Positions 18,816 through 28,712 of a DNA stretch of 64,000 nt are shown one piece after another. Source of the stretch: an uncultured Candidatus Micrarchaeota archaeon (GTDB lineage: Archaea > Micrarchaeota > Micrarchaeia > Anstonellales > Bilamarchaeaceae); contig OY970229.1 in assembly GCA_963714085.1 (NCBI GenBank), positions 1,248,001-1,312,000 on the forward strand. Direction: 5' to 3'. The notes beneath the pieces were generated by a model, which was not told where the DNA came from, made no database searches, and saw nothing but the letters and a program-made list of their open reading frames with translations. A program made the position numbers and the translations under genes. Numbering within the stretch: the stretch's first letter is position 1; each line of letters opens with the position of its first letter.

Positions 18816-19802
18816 ATGGTCGGGAAAATCGTTTACATCGAGAAAGACGCTAAAACCGAAGGTTCGAAATATCGGTACCTCTTGACACGTAAATGGTCGG
18901 AAACTCCCCGTTTGGCCGTTTTCATAATGCTCAATCCGAGCACCGCAGACGATAAAAAAGACGACCGGACTATTCAGAGGTGTACTAATTTCGCGGCGGA
19001 ACACGGTTGCGGTCGTATGGAAGTCGTGAACCTGTTCGCTTATCGTGCTACTCGACCGTTAGACCTGAAAAAGGCAGAAGCGGAAGGTTTCGACGTCGTC
19101 GGACCAGAAAACGACCGATACATCTTAGAGGCGGTCAAGAAAGCGGACGTGGTGATCGCTGCGTGGGGAACTGACGATTTGGCGCACGACCGAGGCGAAC
19201 GAGTGATATCCATACTTGCGAATGCTGACCTGCATCATAAATTGTTTTGCCTCGGCAAGACCGAAGAAGGGGCGCCGAAACATCCCCTCTACGTGAACAA
19301 GAGCAAACGCGTCGAGGAGTACGAGGTGCGTTGGATGCCACTATATTTCGCCTACGGAAGTAACATGTCGCTTGATCAAATGCGGAAGCGCGTCTCTCCC
19401 GCAATAGAACCGAAATTCGTTGCGTGGATGGATAACGCCGAACTCTGCTTCCCAAGAGACTCAGTCAACCAAAAAGGAGGGGTTGCGAGTTACCGGACTG
19501 AAAAAGGGGAACGGATGTACGGCGCTGTTTTCGATTTGTGCGAGAGGGGCGTCGGAGCTCTCGACGGCCACGAAGGTTTCGTACCTGAAGGGAAAGACAA
19601 CGCGTACGAACGTTTGTACGTCACGGTTTACGATTTGTCTGGGAATCCACATCTTGCATTGACCTACAAAGCGAACGAAAAAGGCGAATACTTGCCGAGC
19701 TCGTACTATATGCTAAAACTGATCACGGGTGCGGTGGAATGCGGTCTACCTAGCGAATACGTCGCGAAGTTAAAAGACGTGAAGACGAACGGCGTCGAAT
19801 AA
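18816..19802 (+). CDS. DUF1643-like domain fused to gamma-glutamylcyclotransferase-like domain
   Basis: YRYLLTRKW..IMLNPSTAD..D.TI..VNLFAYRAT..AAWG..PKHPLY followed by LYFAYGSNM..LDGHEG..PSSYY. Confidence 0.8.
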   Translation: MVGKIVYIEKDAKTEGSKYRYLLTRKWSETPRLAVFIMLNPSTADDKKDDRTIQRCTNFAAEHGCGRMEVVNLFAYRATRPLDLKKAEAEGFDVVGPENDRYILEAVKKADVVIAAWGTDDLAHDRGERVISILANADLHHKLFCLGKTEEGAPKHPLYVNKSKRVEEYEVRWMPLYFAYGSNMSLDQMRKRVSPAIEPKFVAWMDNAELCFPRDSVNQKGGVASYRTEKGERMYGAVFDLCERGVGALDGHEGFVPEGKDNAYERLYVTVYDLSGNPHLALTYKANEKGEYLPSSYYMLKLITGAVECGLPSEYVAKLKDVKTNGVE

Positions 19803-19896
19803 GAGTGGAACGAGACTACACGTACGTGAAAATTCCTTCGACGCACCAGTTTTTTGGTTTGATGGACGAAGTGGAAGGTTAGCCTGCTCCAGAAAT

Positions 19897-21861
19897 TTAA
19901 GGTGGTGTAATTGGAAAATAAACGTTACGCATATGTGCGGGTTTGTTAAGAATGTCATTTATTTTACTTAAAAAGCGACCGTAAGTATCTGTTTGGAGAT
20001 CGAGAAATGAACGGCTACTTTTCCATTTATTTTGATCGGTGTCGTTTTTAACCATTTCTCGCATGAGTTCGGTAAGCGTAGCCGACCAAAGGGAAAATAA
20101 CTTGTATTTAGTCGATGGGGCGTTTTCATCAAGGATAATCGGTCTCGTCTTATCGGCATTAATCGTAAAACTTTCATATGCTTTCTTAGCCCACCATGCG
20201 TCTATGTCAGTACCGACCAATGCCTCTTTCAATTTGCTTTGGTCGGTATCTCCACGAGCGATGGTATGAACAATATGATAAATAGCTGCGACATGATAAT
20301 ACTGCCATTTTGTTAGGAAATCCATTTGATTTATCAAAATATTATAAGTGGAGTCACTTGGCCGTTCTCCTTCTTCATACAAATCAAGTTTCTTCTTATA
20401 CATATGTGAAAATGCAGAACTTAGCTTGAAAAGAGCGAAACCAAAAAGGGTATCGTCGATAAAATACCCCATTTTGCCGCTTTTCATAAAAATGTTTTGT
20501 GGGGTAATAGCAAGATCTGCATTATTGAATCTAGCATCCATCGGTAGCTGATAATTGAATATCGAATTATAATACGATGGACTTGAAAAGATTTTCCGTT
20601 TTTCGTTTCTGGAAAGGTTGGGTTTTCCCATTAGTGCAAGGTAGATCTGACCAGCATGAGTGTTCTCTATGGTGCGATAATTTTTGCCCCGAATTCTGTA
20701 ATTATGTAATTTATTCTCTCGGCCTACTTGGTCTAACTGACCCTCGCGGTAAAGATATAAAATTTTAGGATTGAAATCGTTAAACGCCGAATGTATGTCC
20801 TTTTGAATTTGATCCTTAGAATGCAAATCACGCTCTCCGATTGGATTCTGGTTATTCGTTGCCAAAGTGATATCCTTAACTAAATCCGGATCCATCGACT
20901 TTATGACGCGGACAGGAACAACTGCGGGGTATTCCTCCATAAGCTTATCGCGTTCTAAATCTTTTCCTACGTCATAAATTGCCCAGGAAGTTTGGCAACC
21001 ATTCACTATCTGAGGGTTTACCGGCGTGAAAATCCCATCTTTTAAATCATCCATGCGTACGCATGTGATGGTGATCCCATTATTCATCACAGCCAGTTTT
21101 TCCGGATTAACCAGAATTGTTTTTTTGATTTCTTGGCCGATCTTACTTTTAGTCTTTTCAACTAAACGGTATCTGAGATTTTCCTCAAAAATTCCGTCTT
21201 TATACTCTTTTACGGCATAGTATACGTATTTGATAGGGCAAAGAAAAGAATAAAGCTCATAGGTTGGTGTTTGCATTTTGATAAATTTTCCTGAGGGAAC
21301 CCCTAGGGACATGGTCTCCGGTCGTTTGGACGGAGCAGCGCCCCTAAGATACGTGCACATGTCTTTAATTCGATTAAAGTCATAAATTTCAACACCCGTA
21401 TTGTTGGCATATGCCTGCACGCCACTTGAGTCAGACAAATCCCCAAAAATAGCTGCTATTTTTAGTACTGGTTTCTCTTTATTTTTAACCATCGGATTAA
21501 AAATTTGCGCAAATGCTTTGCGCTTATCATTTCCAGTGCTAGGCGAGTCAATCAATCTTCGTTCTGCAGCGATGATCTCGTCTACAATATCTTTATTGTA
21601 GTGTTGTTTTTCACCGTCTTCTGAATATTTACATTGAACTAAAAAAATAAGATCGTGATCCTCATCGCATATCCCTAAATCTAATTTTTCATCCCTACTA
21701 CAGCCTATAAAATATTCTTCAGCGCTTTTATCTTCATCCTCACCAAGAACATTGATAGCAAACCATAATGAAAATGCATTGCCGAGGTTATTCAAACCAT
21801 ACGCATCCTTGATTTCAGTTACTTCGCCAAGAACCGTTCTTACGAATTCAGAATCTTCCAT
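19897..21861 (-). CDS. AIPR family (abortive infection phage resistance) protein
   Basis: FEENLRYRL, NNGITI, QIVNGCQTS, ATNNQN, DLHS. Confidence 0.88.
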   Translation of the reverse strand: MEDSEFVRTVLGEVTEIKDAYGLNNLGNAFSLWFAINVLGEDEDKSAEEYFIGCSRDEKLDLGICDEDHDLIFLVQCKYSEDGEKQHYNKDIVDEIIAAERRLIDSPSTGNDKRKAFAQIFNPMVKNKEKPVLKIAAIFGDLSDSSGVQAYANNTGVEIYDFNRIKDMCTYLRGAAPSKRPETMSLGVPSGKFIKMQTPTYELYSFLCPIKYVYYAVKEYKDGIFEENLRYRLVEKTKSKIGQEIKKTILVNPEKLAVMNNGITITCVRMDDLKDGIFTPVNPQIVNGCQTSWAIYDVGKDLERDKLMEEYPAVVPVRVIKSMDPDLVKDITLATNNQNPIGERDLHSKDQIQKDIHSAFNDFNPKILYLYREGQLDQVGRENKLHNYRIRGKNYRTIENTHAGQIYLALMGKPNLSRNEKRKIFSSPSYYNSIFNYQLPMDARFNNADLAITPQNIFMKSGKMGYFIDDTLFGFALFKLSSAFSHMYKKKLDLYEEGERPSDSTYNILINQMDFLTKWQYYHVAAIYHIVHTIARGDTDQSKLKEALVGTDIDAWWAKKAYESFTINADKTRPIILDENAPSTKYKLFSLWSATLTELMREMVKNDTDQNKWKSSRSFLDLQTDTYGRFLSKINDILNKPAHMRNVYFPITPP

Positions 21862-22369
21862 GCGACCGCCAGAAATATGATAAGTAATTGGATTTAAATT
21901 ATATCCCATCGTTATACGCAACGCCTCCCCACATTCTTAATTCTATAATTTCTAGCCGAAATTTTCTGCATTACCTAATTTGAACGAGTAAATCCCTCCC
22001 CCATCACGATTTCAACATCTAAAAGTCGCTCCGTCCTCTCGCTTCCAGGGGGTTTCCGCCCCATGTCCCTTCAACTGCTTCGCAGTTCAAGGCCGCTCGT
22101 GCTCATTTTATTCCTTTCCCCAGCCTCCGATCTGAAAAGTGCTTAACGCTCAAGATGCCTGCGGTTTCGTGAAACTTTTTGGGGTTGGAAAAAGAACGGG
22201 CAACCCGCCCCGCGATGGACCAGGAGAAAATCCTGTCTGCCATTGGAGCAACCTGTTGCCTACCTGCTATCCAAGTTTAAAGAAAGACGGGTCTAATCGT
22301 ACGGTAGACATGCGCCAGTAAATACAGGAAACCTATGCTCTTTTATATCCAGAAACATTAGTTGGTAAC

Positions 22370-25189
22370 ATGAAGAATGTTCCTGCTCTCGTTTTGGAAT
22401 TGGTCGACCGATTCCGCAGTAACAAGGATACGTACCTTTCTGACTACAACGAGACTAGACTTAGACGCGAATTCATCGACACTTTATTTGAAACCGTCTT
22501 TGGATGGGATATACAGAACAAGTCTAATACTTCTCCTGAATACCAAGATGTTATCCATGAGGATTCAATCAAGGTTGCCGGCTCTACCAAAGCACCTGAT
22601 TATTGTTTTCGCGTCGGAAAAGAAAGAAAATTCTTTTTAGAAACGAAGAAGCCGTCCGTCAACATCAAGGAGGACGTTGGCCCTGCATATCAACTCCGCC
22701 GCTATGGGTGGAGTGCACACCTCCCACTCTCTCTCCTCACGAACTTTAAGGAATTTGCTATTTACGACTGTCGTATAAAGCCGAAGCAAAATGACAAAGC
22801 GGACGTCGCACGCATAGCATACTTCACCTACGAAGAATTGCCACAGAAATGGGCGGAGTTTGCCGCAGTATTCTCTCGGGAGGCAGTATGGAAAGGCGAT
22901 TTTGACCGATATGCCGAGACAACGAAGAAGAAGCATGGAACATCTGAAGTTGACGACGAATTCCTTGAGGAAATTGAACATTGGAGGAATATACTTGCCC
23001 GAAACATCGCCCTACGGAATCCGTCCTTATCGGTTGAGGAATTGAATTATGCAGTCCAAAAGTTAATCGACCGCATCCTCTTCCTTAGGATGTGCGAGGA
23101 TCGGGGAAGCGAAGAATATGGACAACTGAACAATGTCATCGCAAAAGAAGGCACCTATGCACACTTGTTCGCGCTCTTTGAGCTTGCGGATGACAGATAT
23201 AACAGCGGTCTTTTTCACTTCAATGCCGAACGCGGGCGCAAGTCGCCACCGGACATGCTGACACCGAAACTAATAATCGACGACAAGACGCTAAAGGACA
23301 TCATCAAAGACATGTATTACCCAGACAGCCCGTACCAGTTCTCGGTTCTGCCTGCTTACATCCTCGGCAACGTCTACGAGCAGTTTCTGGGCAAAGTTAT
23401 AAGACTTACTAAAGAACATCACGCCATTGTTGAAGATAAGCCAGAAGTAAAAAAGGCCGGGGGCGTCTTCTATACACCAAAGTACGTGGTCGATTATATC
23501 GTGGAGCAGACCATCGGTCAGCTCATCGAAGACAAGACACCGAAGGAAATCTCGGAGCTCAGAATTCTTGACCCAGCATGCGGGAGCGGAAGCTTTCTCA
23601 TTGGAGCCTACGAGAAACTCCTTGATTTCCATCTAAATTGGTATCGTACTCACCACCCAGAAAAACATAAAGACGCAGTATTCCAAGGTGTAGGCGGTTT
23701 ATGGTATCTTACAGTCGATGAGAAAAAGCGCATCCTTCTCAACAATCTCTACGGCGTCGACATCGACGCCTCGGCTGTCGAAGTAACAAAACTCAATCTT
23801 CTATTGAAGGTATTAGAAGGCGAGCATCTCGACCCGCAAAAGAAACTTCGCGCCCGCGTGCTACCCGACCTCGACCAGAATATCAAATGTGGAAATAGTT
23901 TGATAAGCCCCGACATATACGACAAGCAGACGATTACTGATGCTGTAGAACAAAAAAGAATTAATCCATTCAACTGGGAAAGTGAATTCCCTCAAGTAAA
24001 GAGAGCGGGAGGGTTCGATTGCGTGATTGGAAACCCACCATATGGTGCATCCTTCAGTGAATTAGAAGCCAGTTATTTCCACGACAAATACCCTGTCTTT
24101 CATGGAGTGAAAGATGTATATACTTGTTTTATAGCAGCTAGTTTGACTCGCCTGAAGGATCACGGACTATTCTCATTTATTGTTCCTTCTGCTTGGTTGG
24201 GCGGTCCTGACTACGAGAGTCTTCGAAAATTATTCTTATCTAATAAAATCGTAACCATAGTCTTACTACCATATGATGTCTTCAAAGCATATATTGATAC
24301 AGCAATCTTTGTTGTTTCAAAAGATACCATCCCTACAACACACCAAGTGCAAACTTATGTTTACGATAAACGTGAAAAACTCACAAATATCGCCCTGTCG
24401 CCCAAGGATTATCAGGTAGTCAAGCAAGAAGAATGGAAAACGACAGAAGGGGCCAAATTTGTGTTGGACTCTTCGACTATTCAGCTTCTTGAACGGATTC
24501 GAACAAGATGTTCTTCCAAGTTTGGCGATGTGATCGACATTAAACGTGGGGTTCTCTTCGATAAAGGTTTACTTTCTAGTAACAGAACTTCACCTATCAG
24601 TCACCAATATTTCGAAGGTGACGTCTACAGATATAAAATTAATGTGATTGCCAATCAATGGATTGAATTTGATGACCAGATGAAAGAACGCCCTAAAGAA
24701 TTTATCTGGTTTGAAGGTCCCCGACTCTTGTTACGCCGTTTGGTTAACCGCCGGCAACAGCTCATGGCGACATTTACTTCAGATACATTTATTACTAATA
24801 AAAATCTCTATAGCGTCCTGCTCAAAGACAAAACTAAAGACCTCTTAACGGTACTTGGTATACTTAATAGTAAATTGATATCCTATCTTTATCTCAAACA
24901 AGTAACACAAGCGACGAAAGACGACTTCCCTCAGGTAACAATCAAAGATATACTCACATTGCCATTTCCTGCGAAGATAGATAAGACTCAACAAGACAGT
25001 ATGGTTGCGTATGTTGAAGAAATGCTCGTCCTCCAAAAACAGCATGCGGCTGCTCGAATGCCTGAAGAACAAAATCGCATCCAGAGACAAATTGATGCTA
25101 TCGATGAGCAGATAAACAACTTAGTCTACTTGGTCTACGGTTTGTCAGTAAAGGAGACCGAGGAAATCGAGGGTAAAGGCAACTGCTAA
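22370..25189 (+). CDS. Type IIG restriction-modification enzyme (Eco57I/TaqI-C-like)
   Basis: N-terminal PDY..LETKKP nuclease; FYTP, DPACGSGSF, IGNPPY; C-terminal target-recognition domain. Confidence 0.92.
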   Translation: MKNVPALVLELVDRFRSNKDTYLSDYNETRLRREFIDTLFETVFGWDIQNKSNTSPEYQDVIHEDSIKVAGSTKAPDYCFRVGKERKFFLETKKPSVNIKEDVGPAYQLRRYGWSAHLPLSLLTNFKEFAIYDCRIKPKQNDKADVARIAYFTYEELPQKWAEFAAVFSREAVWKGDFDRYAETTKKKHGTSEVDDEFLEEIEHWRNILARNIALRNPSLSVEELNYAVQKLIDRILFLRMCEDRGSEEYGQLNNVIAKEGTYAHLFALFELADDRYNSGLFHFNAERGRKSPPDMLTPKLIIDDKTLKDIIKDMYYPDSPYQFSVLPAYILGNVYEQFLGKVIRLTKEHHAIVEDKPEVKKAGGVFYTPKYVVDYIVEQTIGQLIEDKTPKEISELRILDPACGSGSFLIGAYEKLLDFHLNWYRTHHPEKHKDAVFQGVGGLWYLTVDEKKRILLNNLYGVDIDASAVEVTKLNLLLKVLEGEHLDPQKKLRARVLPDLDQNIKCGNSLISPDIYDKQTITDAVEQKRINPFNWESEFPQVKRAGGFDCVIGNPPYGASFSELEASYFHDKYPVFHGVKDVYTCFIAASLTRLKDHGLFSFIVPSAWLGGPDYESLRKLFLSNKIVTIVLLPYDVFKAYIDTAIFVVSKDTIPTTHQVQTYVYDKREKLTNIALSPKDYQVVKQEEWKTTEGAKFVLDSSTIQLLERIRTRCSSKFGDVIDIKRGVLFDKGLLSSNRTSPISHQYFEGDVYRYKINVIANQWIEFDDQMKERPKEFIWFEGPRLLLRRLVNRRQQLMATFTSDTFITNKNLYSVLLKDKTKDLLTVLGILNSKLISYLYLKQVTQATKDDFPQVTIKDILTLPFPAKIDKTQQDSMVAYVEEMLVLQKQHAAARMPEEQNRIQRQIDAIDEQINNLVYLVYGLSVKETEEIEGKGNC

Positions 25190-25617
25190 GGATGGGTTTT
25201 GTCTACTCAAAAAATCTCATAAATAAGCACTCTTAAGTCCGTCCTAAATTCTGTTGAAAATCCAGTTTCTTAGTCCGTTTGTCCATCTTCGCAAATGAGA
25301 TTTGATCATTAATTTTCTGCCTTCCCCGCTCGACCAGAAAAAGACTTACTGGTCAGGCCGCTTCGCGGTTCGGGCTACGCCCGAAACCAATAATGTCTTT
25401 TTCGGCCTCGCTTTCTGTTATTCTTCTGCTTAGGTCATCTGAACCTCCGACTTTTCCACTGCTCCTCCCTATAGCCTCGTCTCCAGCTCCTCTCCTGCTC
25501 GGTCGGATGCCTGTTTTTGCTCGCTCCAAAAACGCAGCCCTTACACCCAAGTTTGCGGGCTTCGTTTTGGAGCTCGACGAAAAAACCGGCTAGAGAAGCC
25601 GGGGAAAGGTGTTAAGT

Positions 25618-26151
25618 ATGACGAATGAAAAGACGGAAAATGGCGTGATGGAGGCCTTCTCCTTCAGGAAGGGTGTGGTGAAGATAAGCGGCCGCTGGGT
25701 CCGCTTCGGTCCGGCGCTTGAAGGGGCCATAAAGGGGCTCTCCGTGGGCGACCGGGTAAGCTACACGGTTGAGGATGGCTTCCTCAAGAACATCCAGAAG
25801 GAGCAAAAGGAGCAGCCCCAGGCTGTTTCCCCAAGGCCGGCAGCGTCAGCGGCCCCGGCCAAGGCCCAAGCACCAGCTCCGGCCCCGGCAGAGGGAAAAC
25901 ATCAGAGTTCCCCCTTCGAGGACCGGAACCAGAGCATAGAGCGCCAGGTCGCGCTCAAGGCCGCGGTCGAGCTCGCGGGCCTCTACGGCTACAAGAGCAC
26001 GAAGGAGTGCCTGGACGTGGCGGCCAGCTTCGCGGCCTGGATTAGGTCCGCAAGCCCCGGGGACGTGGAGCTCCCCCCGAACGGCCATATGGCGGCGAAT
26101 GCGGCGGGAAAGGCGGCGGGCACTCCGCCTTCCTCTTACCTGCGCTCCTGA
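25618..26151 (+). CDS. Hypothetical protein, possible OB-fold N-terminus plus RQVALKAAVE helical domain
   Basis: GGTG RBS; beta-rich N-terminus, Pro/Ala linker. Confidence 0.6.
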   Translation: MTNEKTENGVMEAFSFRKGVVKISGRWVRFGPALEGAIKGLSVGDRVSYTVEDGFLKNIQKEQKEQPQAVSPRPAASAAPAKAQAPAPAPAEGKHQSSPFEDRNQSIERQVALKAAVELAGLYGYKSTKECLDVAASFAAWIRSASPGDVELPPNGHMAANAAGKAAGTPPSSYLRS

Positions 26152-26161
26152 GGTGGCTGCC

Positions 26162-26269
26162 ATGTGCAAAACATGCCGAAAAAAGAGCGTCGAGGAGGAG
26201 CAGCTCCGCGGCGCCAAGGAGCTGGCAATCGAGATGGCCGAGACGGAGGGAGACTATGACGCAGAATGA
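26162..26269 (+). CDS. Small hypothetical protein (35 aa, MCKTCRKK...)
   Basis: GAGGTG RBS; fills the gap between two co-oriented ORFs. Confidence 0.4.
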   Translation: MCKTCRKKSVEEEQLRGAKELAIEMAETEGDYDAE

Positions 26270-26642
26270 CGCACCCGCGAACGGCTTCGAGGGTTTCGAG
26301 GTCATCGACACCTACACGCTCAAGGACGCGCTCAAGGACGGAACCTTCATCGACCTTTCCCAGATAAAGGGGATCCCCATCTACGCTCCGGTGTGCCGGG
26401 CCATCCGGTACGCCACGAGCTCGCTCCTTTCCAAAGGATACACCGAACGGGACGGTTTCAATCTCCCGAACCTGGCCGATCTTCTGGTCCAAGTGTCCAA
26501 AGGCATCCGCAAGGGCCTTATGAATGGCGAGGACCGGCTTTTCGAGTGCCGGGTTGAGTTCCCGGATGGGCATCGGGAGAAGGTGTGGGCGGTCGCAAAC
26601 GAGGAGGGGAGCCTGACGATTATGATGCCGGAGGACTACTAA
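26256..26642 (+). CDS. DUF6573-like mobile-element protein
   Basis: VIDTYT..ALKDG.FIDL N-terminus and LTIMMPEDY C-terminus. Confidence 0.6.
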   Translation: MTQNDAPANGFEGFEVIDTYTLKDALKDGTFIDLSQIKGIPIYAPVCRAIRYATSSLLSKGYTERDGFNLPNLADLLVQVSKGIRKGLMNGEDRLFECRVEFPDGHREKVWAVANEEGSLTIMMPEDY

Positions 26643-26705
26643 AAGCAGCTGTGGCGGGCAGGGTAGCAACATCCATCCCGCAAGGAGTGGATGACCTGCC
26701 ACGGC

Positions 26706-27290
26706 TCAATTCTTTTCACTACGAGCTGTTTCATTGTAGAAATAGCGCAATATCACGTTGTTTTTGCCAGAATATTTTTCGACGTAGCGCTTGATTTCCC
26801 CACTTTCCTCAACTGGAATGTCAATCTGGACCAGGATGCCATACTTGATTGGTGTGCGGTCATCTTTATTTTTAAGTTTGGCATAATCGTCCCTGAAGCT
26901 ACCGAAGGTCGCCCCGTGTATTTTGCCATTATTAATATACCTTATTCTAAACTTGAATTCTATTGCGCAAAGCAGATTGACACTGTCCGTTTTATCGTCC
27001 AGAATAGCTAAATCATACTGCCTATCCAGAATATTCCTGTTATCATACTGTAAAGTTATGAGTTGCGGATCGAAATTTGCCACCAGGCGCGTTTCTTTTT
27101 TCCCTTTGGTTCGACGAAGCATTTTTTTCCTTGATAAGATCCGATAAAGAATCAGCCAACTGACACAACGGACGTCATCCTCGAAGAAAAAGTCGTGAGG
27201 GTGTCTTTTTACTCGTGTTTCCAGTTTTTTGCAGAATTCTTCCATTACTCCCTTAATTTTTGGAATCTCCGCATTTCGGTGAGCAGACAT
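26706..27290 (-). CDS. Putative PD-(D/E)xK nuclease-fold protein
   Basis: EDD...YDLAILD...AIEFK...DD..KL. Confidence 0.55.
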   Translation of the reverse strand: MSAHRNAEIPKIKGVMEEFCKKLETRVKRHPHDFFFEDDVRCVSWLILYRILSRKKMLRRTKGKKETRLVANFDPQLITLQYDNRNILDRQYDLAILDDKTDSVNLLCAIEFKFRIRYINNGKIHGATFGSFRDDYAKLKNKDDRTPIKYGILVQIDIPVEESGEIKRYVEKYSGKNNVILRYFYNETARSEKN

Positions 27291-27349
27291 ACTGTAAAAG
27301 TCGGCTTACAATCTTATAAATACCTCATAGACTAGCCCCTCATGCAGCT

Positions 27350-28708
27350 TCATATCTCAATCGTCTCCCCTTTCTTCGGTTTCACTATCTCGGAAGCAGC
27401 ATTGTCGAAGTCATCGGCATCATTCGTGTGCACCGGGATCGTGGTCCCCGCGTTCAGCTGTTTTATGAAAGACAGGATATCTCTCCTGCTCGCATGGCCC
27501 GAAGAATGGACCGGATGGAACCGGATATCGAAATGCTTCATCCAGTTCTCCCAGACCGTCCTCTGGGCTTTGTTGTCGTCCCCTTCATAGAAATGCTCCG
27601 ACATGGAATAGATGAAATCCGCGTTCTTCGGCTGGATGTAGACCAGCTCCATGAGCCGGTAGAACCCGAGGTGCATGACATACTTCTTCTGGTTCTTCGA
27701 GACATCCTCGGAAGTCACCCTCTTGGCTATATACGCCCTTTCCCAAGGGGAGTAATCCTTCTCGCAGTAGGTGCACGATTTCGATATCCTGAAATACACC
27801 GCGATATTCTTGTCCGTCTTGACGTCCGGCAGGACTTTGATCTTGTCCTTCATGCTGTCGAGTATCAGGGCGATTCTCGTGTCGATGACAAGGACCCGGC
27901 CATTCCGCTTTGCCGCCCTGTAGAAGCACATGAACCGGTCCAGGTTGGACATGGAGAAATACGTCAGGACGAGGCCTTTGGAGGCCTTGATTATCTCCGA
28001 TGCCTTCTTCTCGACCTCCGCTTCCGTGAAATTGTGCTCCTGTTCGTGGCCCATCCTCGTTCCTTCGCAAATGAGCACCTTGGGCTTAGCGGCCGCTGCT
28101 TTCTTGGCGAATTCTTCGCTCATGTCGGCTCTCGGCCCGTGTAGGCGGAAATCCCCCGTGTAAACCACCGGGCCTTTGGATGTGTGAATGATGAACCCGT
28201 ATGCGCCAGGTATCGAATGGTCGACATGGATCGGCTGTACCGTGATATGGCCTATCTTCAGCTTATCCCCCGAGCTGAATAGGTGGAGATTCTTGTGCTC
28301 ACCTATGTTCGAGAAGCTGGGAAAGAGCTTATGGTATACCTCAGTTATCCGGTGAGCTCCGTGGCCCATATAGACCGGGATTTCATCGTCCAGAAATTCC
28401 ATGTGCCCGATATGGTCGGCATGGGGGTGGCTTATCAGGACGGCGTCGACATCCGGCTTCTGGTATTTCAGTTCCGTCAATTTCAGCAGATTCTCGCCAT
28501 AAAGGCCCTTGATTTTCGGAAGCATATCGAACTCGAAATAGACCTCGAGGCCGTTGGCCGTCCTCGGGGCGAGGTATTCATAGAAGAAATCCTCCCCGAA
28601 AGTGAAGCTCTGGCCGAAATCCAGGTATAGCTTTACGCCCTTGTCTTCGAGCAGTATCTTGTTGCCGCCTATCTCGTTCGCGCCGCCGTAGGGGGTTATG
28701 GAGACCAT
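27350..28708 (-). CDS. Metallo-beta-lactamase/beta-CASP (RNase J-like) nuclease
   Basis: GGANEIGGN, LDFG, SHPHADH, VDHS, YTGDFR, CEGT, HSSGH, PVHT. Confidence 0.9.
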   Translation of the reverse strand: MVSITPYGGANEIGGNKILLEDKGVKLYLDFGQSFTFGEDFFYEYLAPRTANGLEVYFEFDMLPKIKGLYGENLLKLTELKYQKPDVDAVLISHPHADHIGHMEFLDDEIPVYMGHGAHRITEVYHKLFPSFSNIGEHKNLHLFSSGDKLKIGHITVQPIHVDHSIPGAYGFIIHTSKGPVVYTGDFRLHGPRADMSEEFAKKAAAAKPKVLICEGTRMGHEQEHNFTEAEVEKKASEIIKASKGLVLTYFSMSNLDRFMCFYRAAKRNGRVLVIDTRIALILDSMKDKIKVLPDVKTDKNIAVYFRISKSCTYCEKDYSPWERAYIAKRVTSEDVSKNQKKYVMHLGFYRLMELVYIQPKNADFIYSMSEHFYEGDDNKAQRTVWENWMKHFDIRFHPVHSSGHASRRDILSFIKQLNAGTTIPVHTNDADDFDNAASEIVKPKKGETIEI

Positions 28709-28712
28709 AAAC

